DNA of 64,000 nt, from contig CAWCKY010000006.1 of NCBI GenBank assembly GCA_963796275.1, positions 768,001 to 832,000 on the forward strand, read 5' to 3'. This DNA is from an uncultured Acidobacteriota bacterium (lineage in GTDB: Bacteria; Acidobacteriota; Blastocatellia; RBC074). Shown here piece after piece: positions 13,458-23,185 of this stretch (the stretch's first letter is position 1; each line of letters opens with the position of its first letter). The notes beneath the pieces were generated by a model. The model saw only the letters and a program-made list of their open reading frames with translations, had not been told where the DNA came from and did not search any database. The translations under genes were made by a program, and so were the position numbers.

Positions 13458-15890
13458 TCAGTCGCGTCGTAATGCGTCCAACGGATTAATCCTCGTCGCG
13501 CGGCGGGCCGGCAGATAGCAGGCTAGCGCAGCAACGCACGTGAGCAAGACAGCAGTCATCACCAACGTGATCGGATCGGTCGCGCTCACACCATAAAGCA
13601 GGCTTGCCATCAACCGCGTCAATGCAACCGTGACAACCAGCCCGGCGGCAACCCCTGCCAACGCCAGTTTCAGTCCCTGCCGGAGCACCAGATGCAGTAC
13701 GTCTGCGGGCCGCGCGCCGAGCGCCATCCGGATTCCCAGTTCTTGTGTGCGCCGCGTGACCGAGTAGGTCATCAGGCCGTAAAGGCCGGTCATCGCCAGC
13801 AGCAGCGTAATTCCACCCAACAGACCGGCAAACGTGACAATCAGACGCGTCTGCGAGAGAGCTGCTTCGATCTGTCCATTTATCGTGCTGGCTTCGCCGA
13901 TGAACACATTACGATCCACTTCGCGCAGAGCCTGGCGCACCGCGCTCACAGACAGCATCGGGTCATAAGACGTGCGAGCTTGCAGCGTCGCCGAGCTATT
14001 CAGTTGCTGGAAGAGCGGCAGGTAGAAGTAAGGTTTAGGCGTATCGAGCAGGGAGCGGTATTTGATGTCCGGCGCGACTCCGATCACCGTCAACGGCTCT
14101 TTTTCACGCGCCACCTTGATGCGCCGGCCCACCGCATCCTGGTCGGGCCAGAGACGCCGGGCCAGCGTTTGGTTGATGATCACAGTTGGCGGCGCGCCTG
14201 GGACATCCTGGACTCCAAATTCGCGCCCGCCGGTCAGGCGCATGCCGAGCGTGCGGAAATAACCGGGAGATACGAAATCGGGGCTGGCCTGCACTCTATC
14301 CTGCTCGCGCTGCGCCGGGGCGTCTTCAGCCTCGACAGGACGTGGCGAATTTCCCACGATGCTGAGTGGAACATTATGGGTCAGGCTCACCGCTTCGATT
14401 CCAGGCAGGGCGGCTACACGTTCCAGCGCCTGGCGATAGAACGCCAGTGTTTTCACATCGTCATAATCGCGCGGGTCGAGGTCGAGACCGACAAGCAATA
14501 CTTGATCGGGGTTGAATCCGGGATCGATGGCCCGCAATTGCCACAAGCTGCGTACGAGCAATCCCGAGCCGGCGAGCAGCGCCAGCGCCAACGCCACCTG
14601 GGCTACGACCAGCGCACTGCGCAGCCCGGCCCGTTCTGAAGTCTGACCGCGGCCTGTCTCCTTGAGTGCATTGGCTAGACCGATCTTGGCCGACTGCCAG
14701 GCCGGAGCCAAGCCGAAAATGACGCTGGTCAGAATCGTGATCAAAAGCGTGAAGCCGAGCGCGCGGTCATCCAGGCGCGGATCGATCGCCAGTGCGATCT
14801 TGAAGGGTGATTGAAAACTTACCGGCAACCTCATCAGCCAAACGGTAATCAGCAGCCCCGCTCCTGCGCTCAAGAGCGCCAGCAGCAGGCTCTCGGTCAG
14901 CCACTGACGCACTAGTCGCCAGCGTCCGGCGCCGAGCGCCAGCCGAATGCTCGTCTCCTTACGGCGCGCCGCCGCCCGCACCAACAACAGGTTGGCCACG
15001 TTGAAACAGGCTACGCTCAGCGCAAGCGCGGCTATCGTTTCGAGCAGCGCCAGCACGCGCACGACTTCATCACGACGCCCCGGCCAGAATCTGGTCTGCG
15101 CCGTCGGAAAGAGGACCACCGAACGGCCCTCATCGTTTTGCGGGAACGATGCGGCAAGCTGTCCGGCAAGGTTTTTGGTCTCAGCCTCCGCCTGTTCGAT
15201 AGCGACGCCGTTCTTCAGCCGCCCGACTACCATCAGCCAGCGGTTATCGCGTTTGAAAAGCAAATCGGTGCCGCGGAATGCCGTCAGATGATGCGCCAGG
15301 GGAATCCACACCTGAGGCTGTTTCCCCCAGTCGAGCAGAATACTCCTGAAACCTTCCGGAGTTATGCCGACTACCTTGAACTCCTGACCGTTCAAATTGA
15401 CGTTTCGTCCGATCAGCTGGGGGTCGCCACCGAACCGCTCGCGCCACATTCGATGGCTGACGACCGCGACTGCGGCGGCCATCCTGTCGTCATCAGCGGT
15501 CAATAGCCGCCCTGCAGCCGCGCCGACGCCGAGCGTCGTAAAGAAGTCGCCGGTGACCAGCTCCGCGCCGATCTCTTCGGCGTCATCGCCGGCGCGCATC
15601 TTCAAAGGCACGCGACCGTAAGCCGCCAGACCGATGTAGGACTGTAACCGGTCGCGATAGTCAATGTAATCGGGAAAAGAGGTGCCGCCGTAATTGCCCT
15701 TGATAGTCCCATAGATTGATATCAGTCGCTGCGGTTCAGTAACCGGAAGCGGCGGGTAGAGCACCGAGCCGATGATGCTGAAGACGGCAGTGTTCGCGCC
15801 TATTCCCAGCGCAAGTGTGAGCACGGCCACAAAAGTAAAACCGGGGCTCTTCACCAGCATTCGTGCACAATAGCGTAAATCTTGAAGCAT
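13458..15890 (-). CDS. ADOP family duplicated ABC permease
   Basis: [52 protein letters not shown]. Confidence 0.93.
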   Translation of the reverse strand: MLQDLRYCARMLVKSPGFTFVAVLTLALGIGANTAVFSIIGSVLYPPLPVTEPQRLISIYGTIKGNYGGTSFPDYIDYRDRLQSYIGLAAYGRVPLKMRAGDDAEEIGAELVTGDFFTTLGVGAAAGRLLTADDDRMAAAVAVVSHRMWRERFGGDPQLIGRNVNLNGQEFKVVGITPEGFRSILLDWGKQPQVWIPLAHHLTAFRGTDLLFKRDNRWLMVVGRLKNGVAIEQAEAETKNLAGQLAASFPQNDEGRSVVLFPTAQTRFWPGRRDEVVRVLALLETIAALALSVACFNVANLLLVRAAARRKETSIRLALGAGRWRLVRQWLTESLLLALLSAGAGLLITVWLMRLPVSFQSPFKIALAIDPRLDDRALGFTLLITILTSVIFGLAPAWQSAKIGLANALKETGRGQTSERAGLRSALVVAQVALALALLAGSGLLVRSLWQLRAIDPGFNPDQVLLVGLDLDPRDYDDVKTLAFYRQALERVAALPGIEAVSLTHNVPLSIVGNSPRPVEAEDAPAQREQDRVQASPDFVSPGYFRTLGMRLTGGREFGVQDVPGAPPTVIINQTLARRLWPDQDAVGRRIKVAREKEPLTVIGVAPDIKYRSLLDTPKPYFYLPLFQQLNSSATLQARTSYDPMLSVSAVRQALREVDRNVFIGEASTINGQIEAALSQTRLIVTFAGLLGGITLLLAMTGLYGLMTYSVTRRTQELGIRMALGARPADVLHLVLRQGLKLALAGVAAGLVVTVALTRLMASLLYGVSATDPITLVMTAVLLTCVAALACYLPARRATRINPLDALRRD

Positions 15891-15924
15891 CTCATCATCC
15901 TCCTCATCGCGAAACGATGGTTTA

Positions 15925-16073
15925 GCAGCCCCCGGCGGGTGGATGTTTATAGATTCACGTTCTCACTTGATTCCAGCCGGCGGGGCGACATATAACGCAT
16001 CACATTTCGCTCTTCACGGACCTCAAAGCATTGCTCTATCGAATATTATAAATAGTCCGACCGGTGGGGCTGC
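15925..16073. repeat. Degenerate REPIN-like element related to 22605-22754
   Basis: GCAGCCCC..GGATGTTTATAG..GCGACAT ... TATAAATA..GGGGCTGC shares GATGTTTATAG and GCGACAT with the 22.6-kb element. Confidence 0.55.
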
Positions 16074-16164
16074 GGGCGCAAAATCCGCTGCACCAACAAT
16101 TCTTAATTTCTCGTTTTCATTTACTAAATGACCAGTAAATACTTGTGAAGATAAAAAAAGCATG

Positions 16165-18675
16165 TCATTCCTGCCTGAGCGCGACCAGCGGATCAACCCG
16201 AGTCGCTCTACGGGCCGGCAGCCAACCGGAAACCGCCGCTACAGCCAGCAACAACAATGTCACCATGGCTATTGTCAGTGGATCGGTTGCGATCGACACG
16301 TACAACATGCCGGCAATCCAGCGCATCGTCGCAAAGGCTGCCGCCAATCCGATCAGCGAACCGGTCGAGACCAGCAGCATCGATTCACCAAGCACCATCC
16401 GTAGAATCTCAGCGCTTTGCGCGCCGAGCGCCATCCGCACGCCGATCTCGTGCGTGCGCCGCGCGACGGTGTAGGACATCACTCCGTACAGCCCGATGCA
16501 GACCAATGCGAGCGCCAGCAACCCGAAGAAGCTGGACAAAACGGCAAAGAGCCGTTCCTTCGCCAACATGCGCGCGATCATCTCGTTCTGTGTTCCGATA
16601 TTTGAAATCGGCAGGTTGCGATCAATTGACTGCACGGCTTGCCTAATTGCGGCTATTACGGTGCTAGGATCGCTCTCGGTGCGCACAGTGAAACTCATCT
16701 CTTCCGGAGGCCCGGGCTGGTTTTGCAGATAAGGTATGTATACCACCGGTCGGATGGCCCCGCGCAAATCGCCGTACTTTGCATCTCGAGCCACGCCGAT
16801 GATCTGAACCTCCCTCATCTCCAAAATTTTGAGGCGCCGGCCGAGCGGGTTTTGATTGGGGAAGAATCGCTGCGCCAGCGCCTGGCTGACGACAGCCACT
16901 TTAGGTGTTTCCTGGATATCCTGCGGCGTCGATTCACGGCCCGACAGCAAGTGAATCCCCATTGTGGCGAGAAACTCGGGGGCGACCGATGCAAGACCTA
17001 CGGACATATTTTCGCCGGCACGCGGCGTGTAGCCTGGTACCTCGACGCGGGGTGTAGAATGATCGCCGGCCACCAGCGGAGCGCGCGAGGAGCTCACGGC
17101 GCGCACGCCGGGCAGGGCGGCGATGTGTTCGGTAATCTGCCGATACAGATTCGCCAATCGCGCCGTTTCATACCCGCTCGAGCCCGGATGTACACTGAAG
17201 ATCAACAGGTTCTCCCGATCGAAACCCGCGTCAATCTGATTGAGGTTGTGTAGTGTGCGGACAAATTGCCCTGCGCCGGCGAGCAACAAGAGCGACATTG
17301 CCACCTGCGCTACGACCAGAGCTTTGCTCAAACGCGACTGCACAGGGCCACTGCTGCCGGGGTTCTCTTTTAGCATCGGCGTCAGATCAATCCGCGTCGC
17401 ACGCAACGCCGGAACCAGGCCGAAGAGAATGCCGGTCAGCATGGAGACTACGGCGGTGAAACCGAGGACGCGCCAATCCAACCTGAGGTCAACGGCAAAC
17501 TCATTCCAGTTCGCAGTCAGCAGCGCGAGCAGCACATCCTTGCCCCAGTCAGCGAAGAGCAGTCCCAGGGCGCCACCCAAAACAGCCAGCAGCAGGCCTT
17601 CGGTCAGTAATTGCTGGATCAATCGAATGCGACTGGCGCCGACAGAGGCGCGGAGGGCCAGCTCTTTCTGCCGGGTTGCGCCGCGGGCCAGCAGCAGATT
17701 GGCCAGATTGATGCAGGCGATCAGAAGTACCAGCCCGACAATCGCCATCAAAATGGCTAACTGACTGGAAAATACCCCGCGCGCGTACATCAACCCTTGA
17801 CTGCCCGAATCCAGCCTGATCTGAGGAGCAGTGCGTTGCTCACTTGCGGCGGGCAGCTCCAGCACATGTCGTTGCAGAATAGCGGTAAGCTCGGCCTGCG
17901 CCTGCGCAGCGCTCACTCCCGGTTTCAGCCGTCCCATAATGTGCAGCCACCAGTTGGACGCCGAATGCTGTCTCTCAGCGTTGCCCGGCGAAACCTGTGC
18001 GAACAGCGCTATCGGCACGGTTATGTTCGGCGCTGAGCCAACATCGAACGTCCCAAAAAATCCCCTTCGTGTAACGCCGACAATTGTGAAGGCCGTACCG
18101 CTGAGATAGACGACCTTTCCGATTACTGCCGGATCGCTATTAAACCTGCGTTGCCAGTAACGATAGCTGATGACCGCTGCCGGTTCTGTGCTTACTTTGT
18201 CGTCATCGTTTGTTAGAACACGACCCAGCAAAGCGGACACGCCAAGATCGGTAAAGTAGCTCCCGGAAACAGCCTGCCAGTGCACCATCTCCGCCTGCCC
18301 ATTCGCGCGCAGATTCAGTCGCTCCAACGACGCAAATGCGAAGACCGAGGCCAGGGTTTGATTCTGATCGCGGAGCCGTTCAAAAGCTGGATAAGAGATC
18401 GAAGTGCTGGTCTGCAGCCCCGTCGCCTCGTCTTTTTCCATTACACCGTTGAAACCGCGTACAACCCCCTGACCGCCCAACCAGCGGAACAAGACCAGTT
18501 GCCCTGGACGACTGACCGGCAGCTCTTTTAACAGCAACGCATCAACCACGCTGAAGATCGCAGTGTTGGCGCCGATGCCGAGGGCCAGCATCAGTACGGC
18601 GATCAGTGTGAAGCCGGGGTTCTTGCGCATAATTCGAAATGCAAAGCGCAGGTCTTGACGAAATCCACCTAACAT
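16165..18675 (-). CDS. ADOP family duplicated ABC permease
   Basis: AGGGG RBS then MLGGFRQDLRFAFRIM; motifs through PARRATRVDPLVALRQE. Confidence 0.93.
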   Translation of the reverse strand: MLGGFRQDLRFAFRIMRKNPGFTLIAVLMLALGIGANTAIFSVVDALLLKELPVSRPGQLVLFRWLGGQGVVRGFNGVMEKDEATGLQTSTSISYPAFERLRDQNQTLASVFAFASLERLNLRANGQAEMVHWQAVSGSYFTDLGVSALLGRVLTNDDDKVSTEPAAVISYRYWQRRFNSDPAVIGKVVYLSGTAFTIVGVTRRGFFGTFDVGSAPNITVPIALFAQVSPGNAERQHSASNWWLHIMGRLKPGVSAAQAQAELTAILQRHVLELPAASEQRTAPQIRLDSGSQGLMYARGVFSSQLAILMAIVGLVLLIACINLANLLLARGATRQKELALRASVGASRIRLIQQLLTEGLLLAVLGGALGLLFADWGKDVLLALLTANWNEFAVDLRLDWRVLGFTAVVSMLTGILFGLVPALRATRIDLTPMLKENPGSSGPVQSRLSKALVVAQVAMSLLLLAGAGQFVRTLHNLNQIDAGFDRENLLIFSVHPGSSGYETARLANLYRQITEHIAALPGVRAVSSSRAPLVAGDHSTPRVEVPGYTPRAGENMSVGLASVAPEFLATMGIHLLSGRESTPQDIQETPKVAVVSQALAQRFFPNQNPLGRRLKILEMREVQIIGVARDAKYGDLRGAIRPVVYIPYLQNQPGPPEEMSFTVRTESDPSTVIAAIRQAVQSIDRNLPISNIGTQNEMIARMLAKERLFAVLSSFFGLLALALVCIGLYGVMSYTVARRTHEIGVRMALGAQSAEILRMVLGESMLLVSTGSLIGLAAAFATMRWIAGMLYVSIATDPLTIAMVTLLLLAVAAVSGWLPARRATRVDPLVALRQE

Positions 18676-18716
18676 ATTCTTCCCCCTATTTTGCACGTGT
18701 GAGGTATACACCATTT

Positions 18717-18840
18717 CTCAATTGCTGTGCCATAAACGTGGCGAAGTAAGTCATTTATTGACGCGGTTTGACCATCATTTCTGAGTAGATTTAAATCGCG
18801 GATGTTCGCTTCTGGGAAAGAGTTTTCCCAATACCGGAAG
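18717..18840 (-). promoter_or_regulatory. 38-bp dyad (putative enhancer) plus sigma54-like -24/-12, copy A
   Basis: CTTCCGGTATTGGGA-N8-TCCCAGAAGCGAACA (18840-18803); TGGCACAGCAATTGAG (18732-18717); 72 bp apart. Confidence 0.7.
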
Positions 18841-18982
18841 CGATCCAATCACAAAGCCACATAAAAAGGATTTCACCCTAACCGTTTTTCCAGGCCTTGC
18901 CCTATGCAATTGGCCGATACCGCAGGTGTTTACCATCTGGCATTCTTTGAGTAGTCAGGGCACCTGGCCCTGCTAATTTTTC

Positions 18983-19052
18983 AGACGGATTAACAGGATA
19001 TTCTAGATTTACAGCTCTCCCTCAATCCTGATGAATCCTGATAATCCTGTCT
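18983..19052. repeat. Palindrome with 9-mer tandem arms (ACAGGAT / AATCCTG)
   Basis: agacggattaacaggatattctagatt ... aatcctgatgaatcctgataatcctgtct. Confidence 0.65.
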
Positions 19053-19072
19053 ATGTATATCGGAGGAAGACA

Positions 19073-20011
19073 ATGGCAAATTCATCGGCAACGGCCAGCA
19101 CACTGCTGGCTCTCTCGAATGAACTGGCCGACGCCGTCGCGCGGGCCGGCCAGTCGATCGTCGCAGTCAACGCGCGCCCTCGCATTCCGTCTAGCGGAGT
19201 TCACTGGCGGCAGGGTCTCATCGTAACTGCAGAACATACCGTTCAGCGTGATGAAGAGATCACACTCACTCTGCCGGACGGACAGACGGTGAAGCCGGAA
19301 TTGGTGGGCCGTGATTCGAGTACAGATTTGGCTGTGCTCAGACTCCCGAGCGCGAACATTGCCAATCAGCCAGTGGCGGAGGTCGGGGATGCGACTGATC
19401 TGAAGATCGGGCACCTGGCGCTCGCCGTTGCGCGTCCCGGTGAGCGCGGCCTGAGCGCGAGCCTGGGCGTGGTCAGCGCGCTCAGCGGATCCTGGCGCAC
19501 CTGGGGCGGTAGTCGCATCGATCAATTTATTCGTCTCGACCTGTCGATCTATCCCGGTTTCTCGGGAGGAGCGCTGGTAGACGCGCGCGGCCGCGTGGCC
19601 GGCATCATTACCTCGGGTCCGCGTAACTCCGTGATGGCGATCCCCGCCGCGACCGTCAACCGGGTGGTTGAGCAATTGTCGTCGAAGGGGCGCATCACGC
19701 GCGGCTTCCTCGGATTGGGTATGCAACCGGTTCGATTGCCCGATGCGCTCAAACAATCGCTCAATCTCGAAGGGCACGGGGGCGTCATCATTGTGGAGGT
19801 TAAACACGGCGGTCCGGCAGATCGGGCCGGCGCATTAATCGGCGATGTCCTGGTCGAACTCGATGGTCGAGCGATCGGCGAGCCGGGCGACGTGCAGGCT
19901 GCGCTCGATCCGGAGCAGGTGGGGAAGACCGTTAAGGCCAAATTTGTGCGCGCTGGCGCGCGGATCGAGTTATCTATCGTAGTGGGCGAGCGACCGCCCA
20001 GGGAGGAGTAG
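19073..20011 (+). CDS. S1C (HtrA-like) serine protease with PDZ domain, no signal peptide
   Basis: GGAGG RBS; TAEH, TDLAVL, PGFSGGAL catalytic motifs; GFLGL PDZ loop. Confidence 0.9.
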   Translation: MANSSATASTLLALSNELADAVARAGQSIVAVNARPRIPSSGVHWRQGLIVTAEHTVQRDEEITLTLPDGQTVKPELVGRDSSTDLAVLRLPSANIANQPVAEVGDATDLKIGHLALAVARPGERGLSASLGVVSALSGSWRTWGGSRIDQFIRLDLSIYPGFSGGALVDARGRVAGIITSGPRNSVMAIPAATVNRVVEQLSSKGRITRGFLGLGMQPVRLPDALKQSLNLEGHGGVIIVEVKHGGPADRAGALIGDVLVELDGRAIGEPGDVQAALDPEQVGKTVKAKFVRAGARIELSIVVGERPPREE

Positions 20012-20012
20012 A

Positions 20013-20909
20013 ATGTCTGTGGTGGAATCATTGATCGCAGGGACCAACTCCTTATTCGCCGAAGAGTCCGCAGCTCTGGCCGAGCGATTGCGACGCTCTA
20101 CGGTGCAGGTGAGAGATGGCTATCGTGGAGGCGGCTCGGGCATTATCTGGCGCCCCGACGGTCTCATCGTTACAAACGCCCACGTCGTGCGGGGCCGTGG
20201 CGCGCACGTCGAACTTTCAGATGGCCGAGCGTTCGACTCCGTCGTAGTCGCGCGGGACACAAGGCGCGATCTCGCATCCTTGAAGATTCAAGCTGATAAC
20301 CTGCCTGCGGCGGAGATCGGCAATTCCGATGGCCTGCGCGCAGGCGACCTCGTTTTTGCGATGGGCAACCCACTGGGCATTCCAGGCGCGCTGACGGCTG
20401 GAATTATGCAAGCGCATAGTCTCGTCGATGGCCGCCGCGGGCCCCAATGGATTCAAGCGGATGTGCGAATTGCGCCCGGCAACTCGGGCGGCCCGCTGGC
20501 TGATGCGCGAGGGCGCGTCATCGGCGTCAACAGTATGATCGTCAACGGTCTCGCCCTGGCTGTACCGAGCAATGCGGTCGAGCGGTTCCTGCTACGGCGG
20601 CATGAGAAGGCCTATCTTGGCATCACATTTCAACCTGTCCGTATCCCAGGCCGGGGACAATCGGGTCAGGAGCATAACGGATTGCTGGTTTTAAAAGTCG
20701 AGGCCGACAGTCCGGCGGATGAAGCGGGTTTGATGCTTGGTGATGTTTTACACGGAGCAAATGGCAGGGAGCTGGATGATCCCGCCGATTTGGCCGATGC
20801 GCTGGCTGATGTCACCTCGGATCGGACACTGCGCCTCGTTCTCACGCGCGGCGGCAGACAGGTCCATTGTGATGTAACTGTGCGCGCTATTATGGCGGAG
20901 GCCGCGTGA
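20013..20909 (+). CDS. S1C (HtrA-like) serine protease with PDZ domain, no signal peptide
   Basis: GSG, TNAHVV, RDLA, PGNSGGPL; AYLGI PDZ loop. Confidence 0.92.
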   Translation: MSVVESLIAGTNSLFAEESAALAERLRRSTVQVRDGYRGGGSGIIWRPDGLIVTNAHVVRGRGAHVELSDGRAFDSVVVARDTRRDLASLKIQADNLPAAEIGNSDGLRAGDLVFAMGNPLGIPGALTAGIMQAHSLVDGRRGPQWIQADVRIAPGNSGGPLADARGRVIGVNSMIVNGLALAVPSNAVERFLLRRHEKAYLGITFQPVRIPGRGQSGQEHNGLLVLKVEADSPADEAGLMLGDVLHGANGRELDDPADLADALADVTSDRTLRLVLTRGGRQVHCDVTVRAIMAEAA

Positions 20910-21550
20910 TTCGTGTCCTGATAGCAGCCAACGCCCTGCTCGTACGAGCCGGGTTGGAGGCGCTGCTCAAAGAGAGCACAGGGTCGGAGGTCGTAGGGAG
21001 TATTCCCTCTGCGCAGCTCGCGCGCCAAATCATTGACCTGAGGCCGGATGTAGTGGTGCTGGAATGGGAGCGTCACGACGAAGGATTCTCGCCATCGTCG
21101 ATAGCTTTGGGGGTTTTCGGCGACGAGCCGCGCAGGCCTGAGTTCGTCCTGCTGACCGATGAATCTCACGCCCCCTGGGTATTTAATGCCTTACGGGCGG
21201 GTGTGCGCGCTGTCCTGCCGCGCGACGCCACGACGGAAGAGCTGGAGGCGGCAATTATTGCGGCCGCTGCCGGTCTTGTAACGATGCATCCGGATACGGC
21301 CGACTCGCTGCTCAACAGCGCGCCCTCTCCCGCGCACACGCTCACAGCCACGCAATCCCTCACGCCGCGGGAGGTCGAGGTGCTGCGAATGCTGGCCGAA
21401 GGCCTGGGCAACAAAGAGATCGCGTTGCAGCTCGGCATTTCCGAACACACGGTCAAATTTCACGTCGGCTCGATCTTCACCAAGCTCGATGCGACGAGCC
21501 GCACAGAAGCGGTGATGACCGGTGTCAGGTTGGGCTTGATTATTCTTTGA
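20906..21550 (+). CDS. NarL/LuxR-type regulator with atypical receiver domain
   Basis: LTPREVEVL..LAEGLGNKEIA..LGISEHTVKFHV HTH; GTGA overlap with upstream gene. Confidence 0.9.
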   Translation: MIRVLIAANALLVRAGLEALLKESTGSEVVGSIPSAQLARQIIDLRPDVVVLEWERHDEGFSPSSIALGVFGDEPRRPEFVLLTDESHAPWVFNALRAGVRAVLPRDATTEELEAAIIAAAAGLVTMHPDTADSLLNSAPSPAHTLTATQSLTPREVEVLRMLAEGLGNKEIALQLGISEHTVKFHVGSIFTKLDATSRTEAVMTGVRLGLIIL

Positions 21551-21639
21551 AAGATTACGAAAGAATATCCACCGGTGGACGTCCTCGTCGCTTGAGCGCG
21601 CCACCGGCTGAAAGACTATTGAGATAAAGTGCCCCGCCG

Positions 21640-22512
21640 CTATGTCGAATAGATCGGATTGGACAAGAGAAAACTGATGGCGGCGACGCGAGCCGGATCG
21701 GGCTCTTCATCTGGGATGGCGGCCATTATGGCATCGCATCTGGATTTTATTCCATCGCGGAATTCCGGATGAGTGAAGATATAGAGGTCGTTCCGTAAAA
21801 TGCCTTCCAAAACTCTCTCTCCGACTTTCATCGGATCCATATAGACAGAGGAGACTGAGTGCACCTGGCGCATCTTGTCCGTCTCGGCATACCCCGTGTT
21901 CGAGAGATGAGTCGGACGCGTCAGGCCGCTCTCGGCGATGTTTGTCTGAACGGGGCCCGGGCAAAGGACTGATACGCCGATATTCTCCGCGACCAGTTCC
22001 GTTCGTAACGCCTCCGACAGACCGACGACAGCGAACTTCGCGGTAATATATAAACCAGCCCCGAGTGTCGGAAGGAAGCCGGACATCGACGAGGTGGTGA
22101 CGATGTGTCCGCCCTCGCCATGCGCGAGAATGCGAGGGAGGAAAGTCTGGACGCCGTTGATCACGCCTCCGAGATTGACGTTCATGACCCAGTCCCAATC
22201 GTCGTAAGTCGCGAGCTTCATCGGCCCTCCGAGCCCGATTCCCGCGTTGTTGCACAGCACGTGGACCTTACCGAAGACGCTCTCGGTCTCGTCGGCCGCG
22301 CGATACATCGCCTCGCGGTCAGAGACGTCGAGTTCTATGGCATGAACCGCGCCCGTCCCATTGAACGAAGCCATCGCCTCATCCAGGTGGTCGCGCCGGA
22401 TGTCGGCGATCACTACCTTGATGCCCTCGCGGACGAAGACCCTCGCCATAGCAAGGCCGATGCCGCTGGCCCCGCCGGTAATAAATGCGACTTTGTCTTT
22501 CACGTCTTTCAT
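21640..22512 (-). CDS. Short-chain dehydrogenase/reductase (LigD/LigO-like subgroup)
   Basis: TGGASGIG, CNNAG, YITAK; VVIADIRRDHLD, TYDDWDWVMNVNLGGVING. Confidence 0.9.
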   Translation of the reverse strand: MKDVKDKVAFITGGASGIGLAMARVFVREGIKVVIADIRRDHLDEAMASFNGTGAVHAIELDVSDREAMYRAADETESVFGKVHVLCNNAGIGLGGPMKLATYDDWDWVMNVNLGGVINGVQTFLPRILAHGEGGHIVTTSSMSGFLPTLGAGLYITAKFAVVGLSEALRTELVAENIGVSVLCPGPVQTNIAESGLTRPTHLSNTGYAETDKMRQVHSVSSVYMDPMKVGERVLEGILRNDLYIFTHPEFRDGIKSRCDAIMAAIPDEEPDPARVAAISFLLSNPIYST

Positions 22513-22555
22513 CGATTTCTCCACTCATATGCCCATATGGTCTTTGAGAATTAAA

Positions 22556-22803
22556 TGAAGACTGTGCAAATAAAAGTTAATTGGAATCAGCATTTTCGGA
22601 CCTGAGCGCCAGAGGCGCGGGATGTTTATAGTATTCGATCACCAAAGTCTCACGAGCTCCGGAGGAGCGACATGTAGGCATTCATATGTCGCTCCTCCGG
22701 AGCTCAGGTTATGGTTAAGATCGTGAGCTATAGACATTACGCGCCCCCGGCGCTGAGACGCGAGACTATTGATTCTGTTGGATTTTAATTTGCACATGCT
22801 TCA
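22556..22803. repeat. Nested palindromic element (REPIN core 22605-22754 inside AT-rich outer arms)
   Basis: Core GAGCTCCGGAGGAGCGACAT / ATGTCGCTCCTCCGGAGCTC; ATGTTTATAG / CTATAGACAT; outer TGAAG..TGTGCAAATAAAA / TTTTAATTTGCACA..CTTCA. Confidence 0.85.
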
Positions 22804-22863
22804 ATTAAATGTAACAGTTCCGGCCCAATCCACTGACAACACTTGGTGCATCACTTCCTGCTC

Positions 22864-23086
22864 TTTACCCCGAAGGGGTTATTGAAGGTAGCCAGGGTTG
22901 GAGTGCAGCGGAAACCCTGGTGGATATGTAATATGGATCCGCATCCTGAAGGGATGCGAGAGCAGTCAGATGTGATAACGATCGATTTCTCGCATCCCTT
23001 CAGGATGCGAAACTATTGGGGACGGTTCCAGGGGTTTCCGCTGCGCTCCAACCCCTGGCTACCTTCAATAACCCCTTCGGGGTAAA
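22864..23086. repeat. REPIN-like long inverted repeat
   Basis: TTTACCCCGAAGGGGTTATTGAAGGTAGCCAGGG..GCATCCTGAAGGGATGCGAGA / TCTCGCATCCCTTCAGGATGC..CCCTGGCTACCTTCAATAACCCCTTCGGGGTAAA. Confidence 0.9.
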
Positions 23087-23185
23087 AGCTTATATTTCAA
23101 TCCCCGAGCATCACCATTTTATGAGATTGATTGCGATCCATTTGTGATATTTATTTTCAAAGACCATATGGCATATGTGCTTGAT

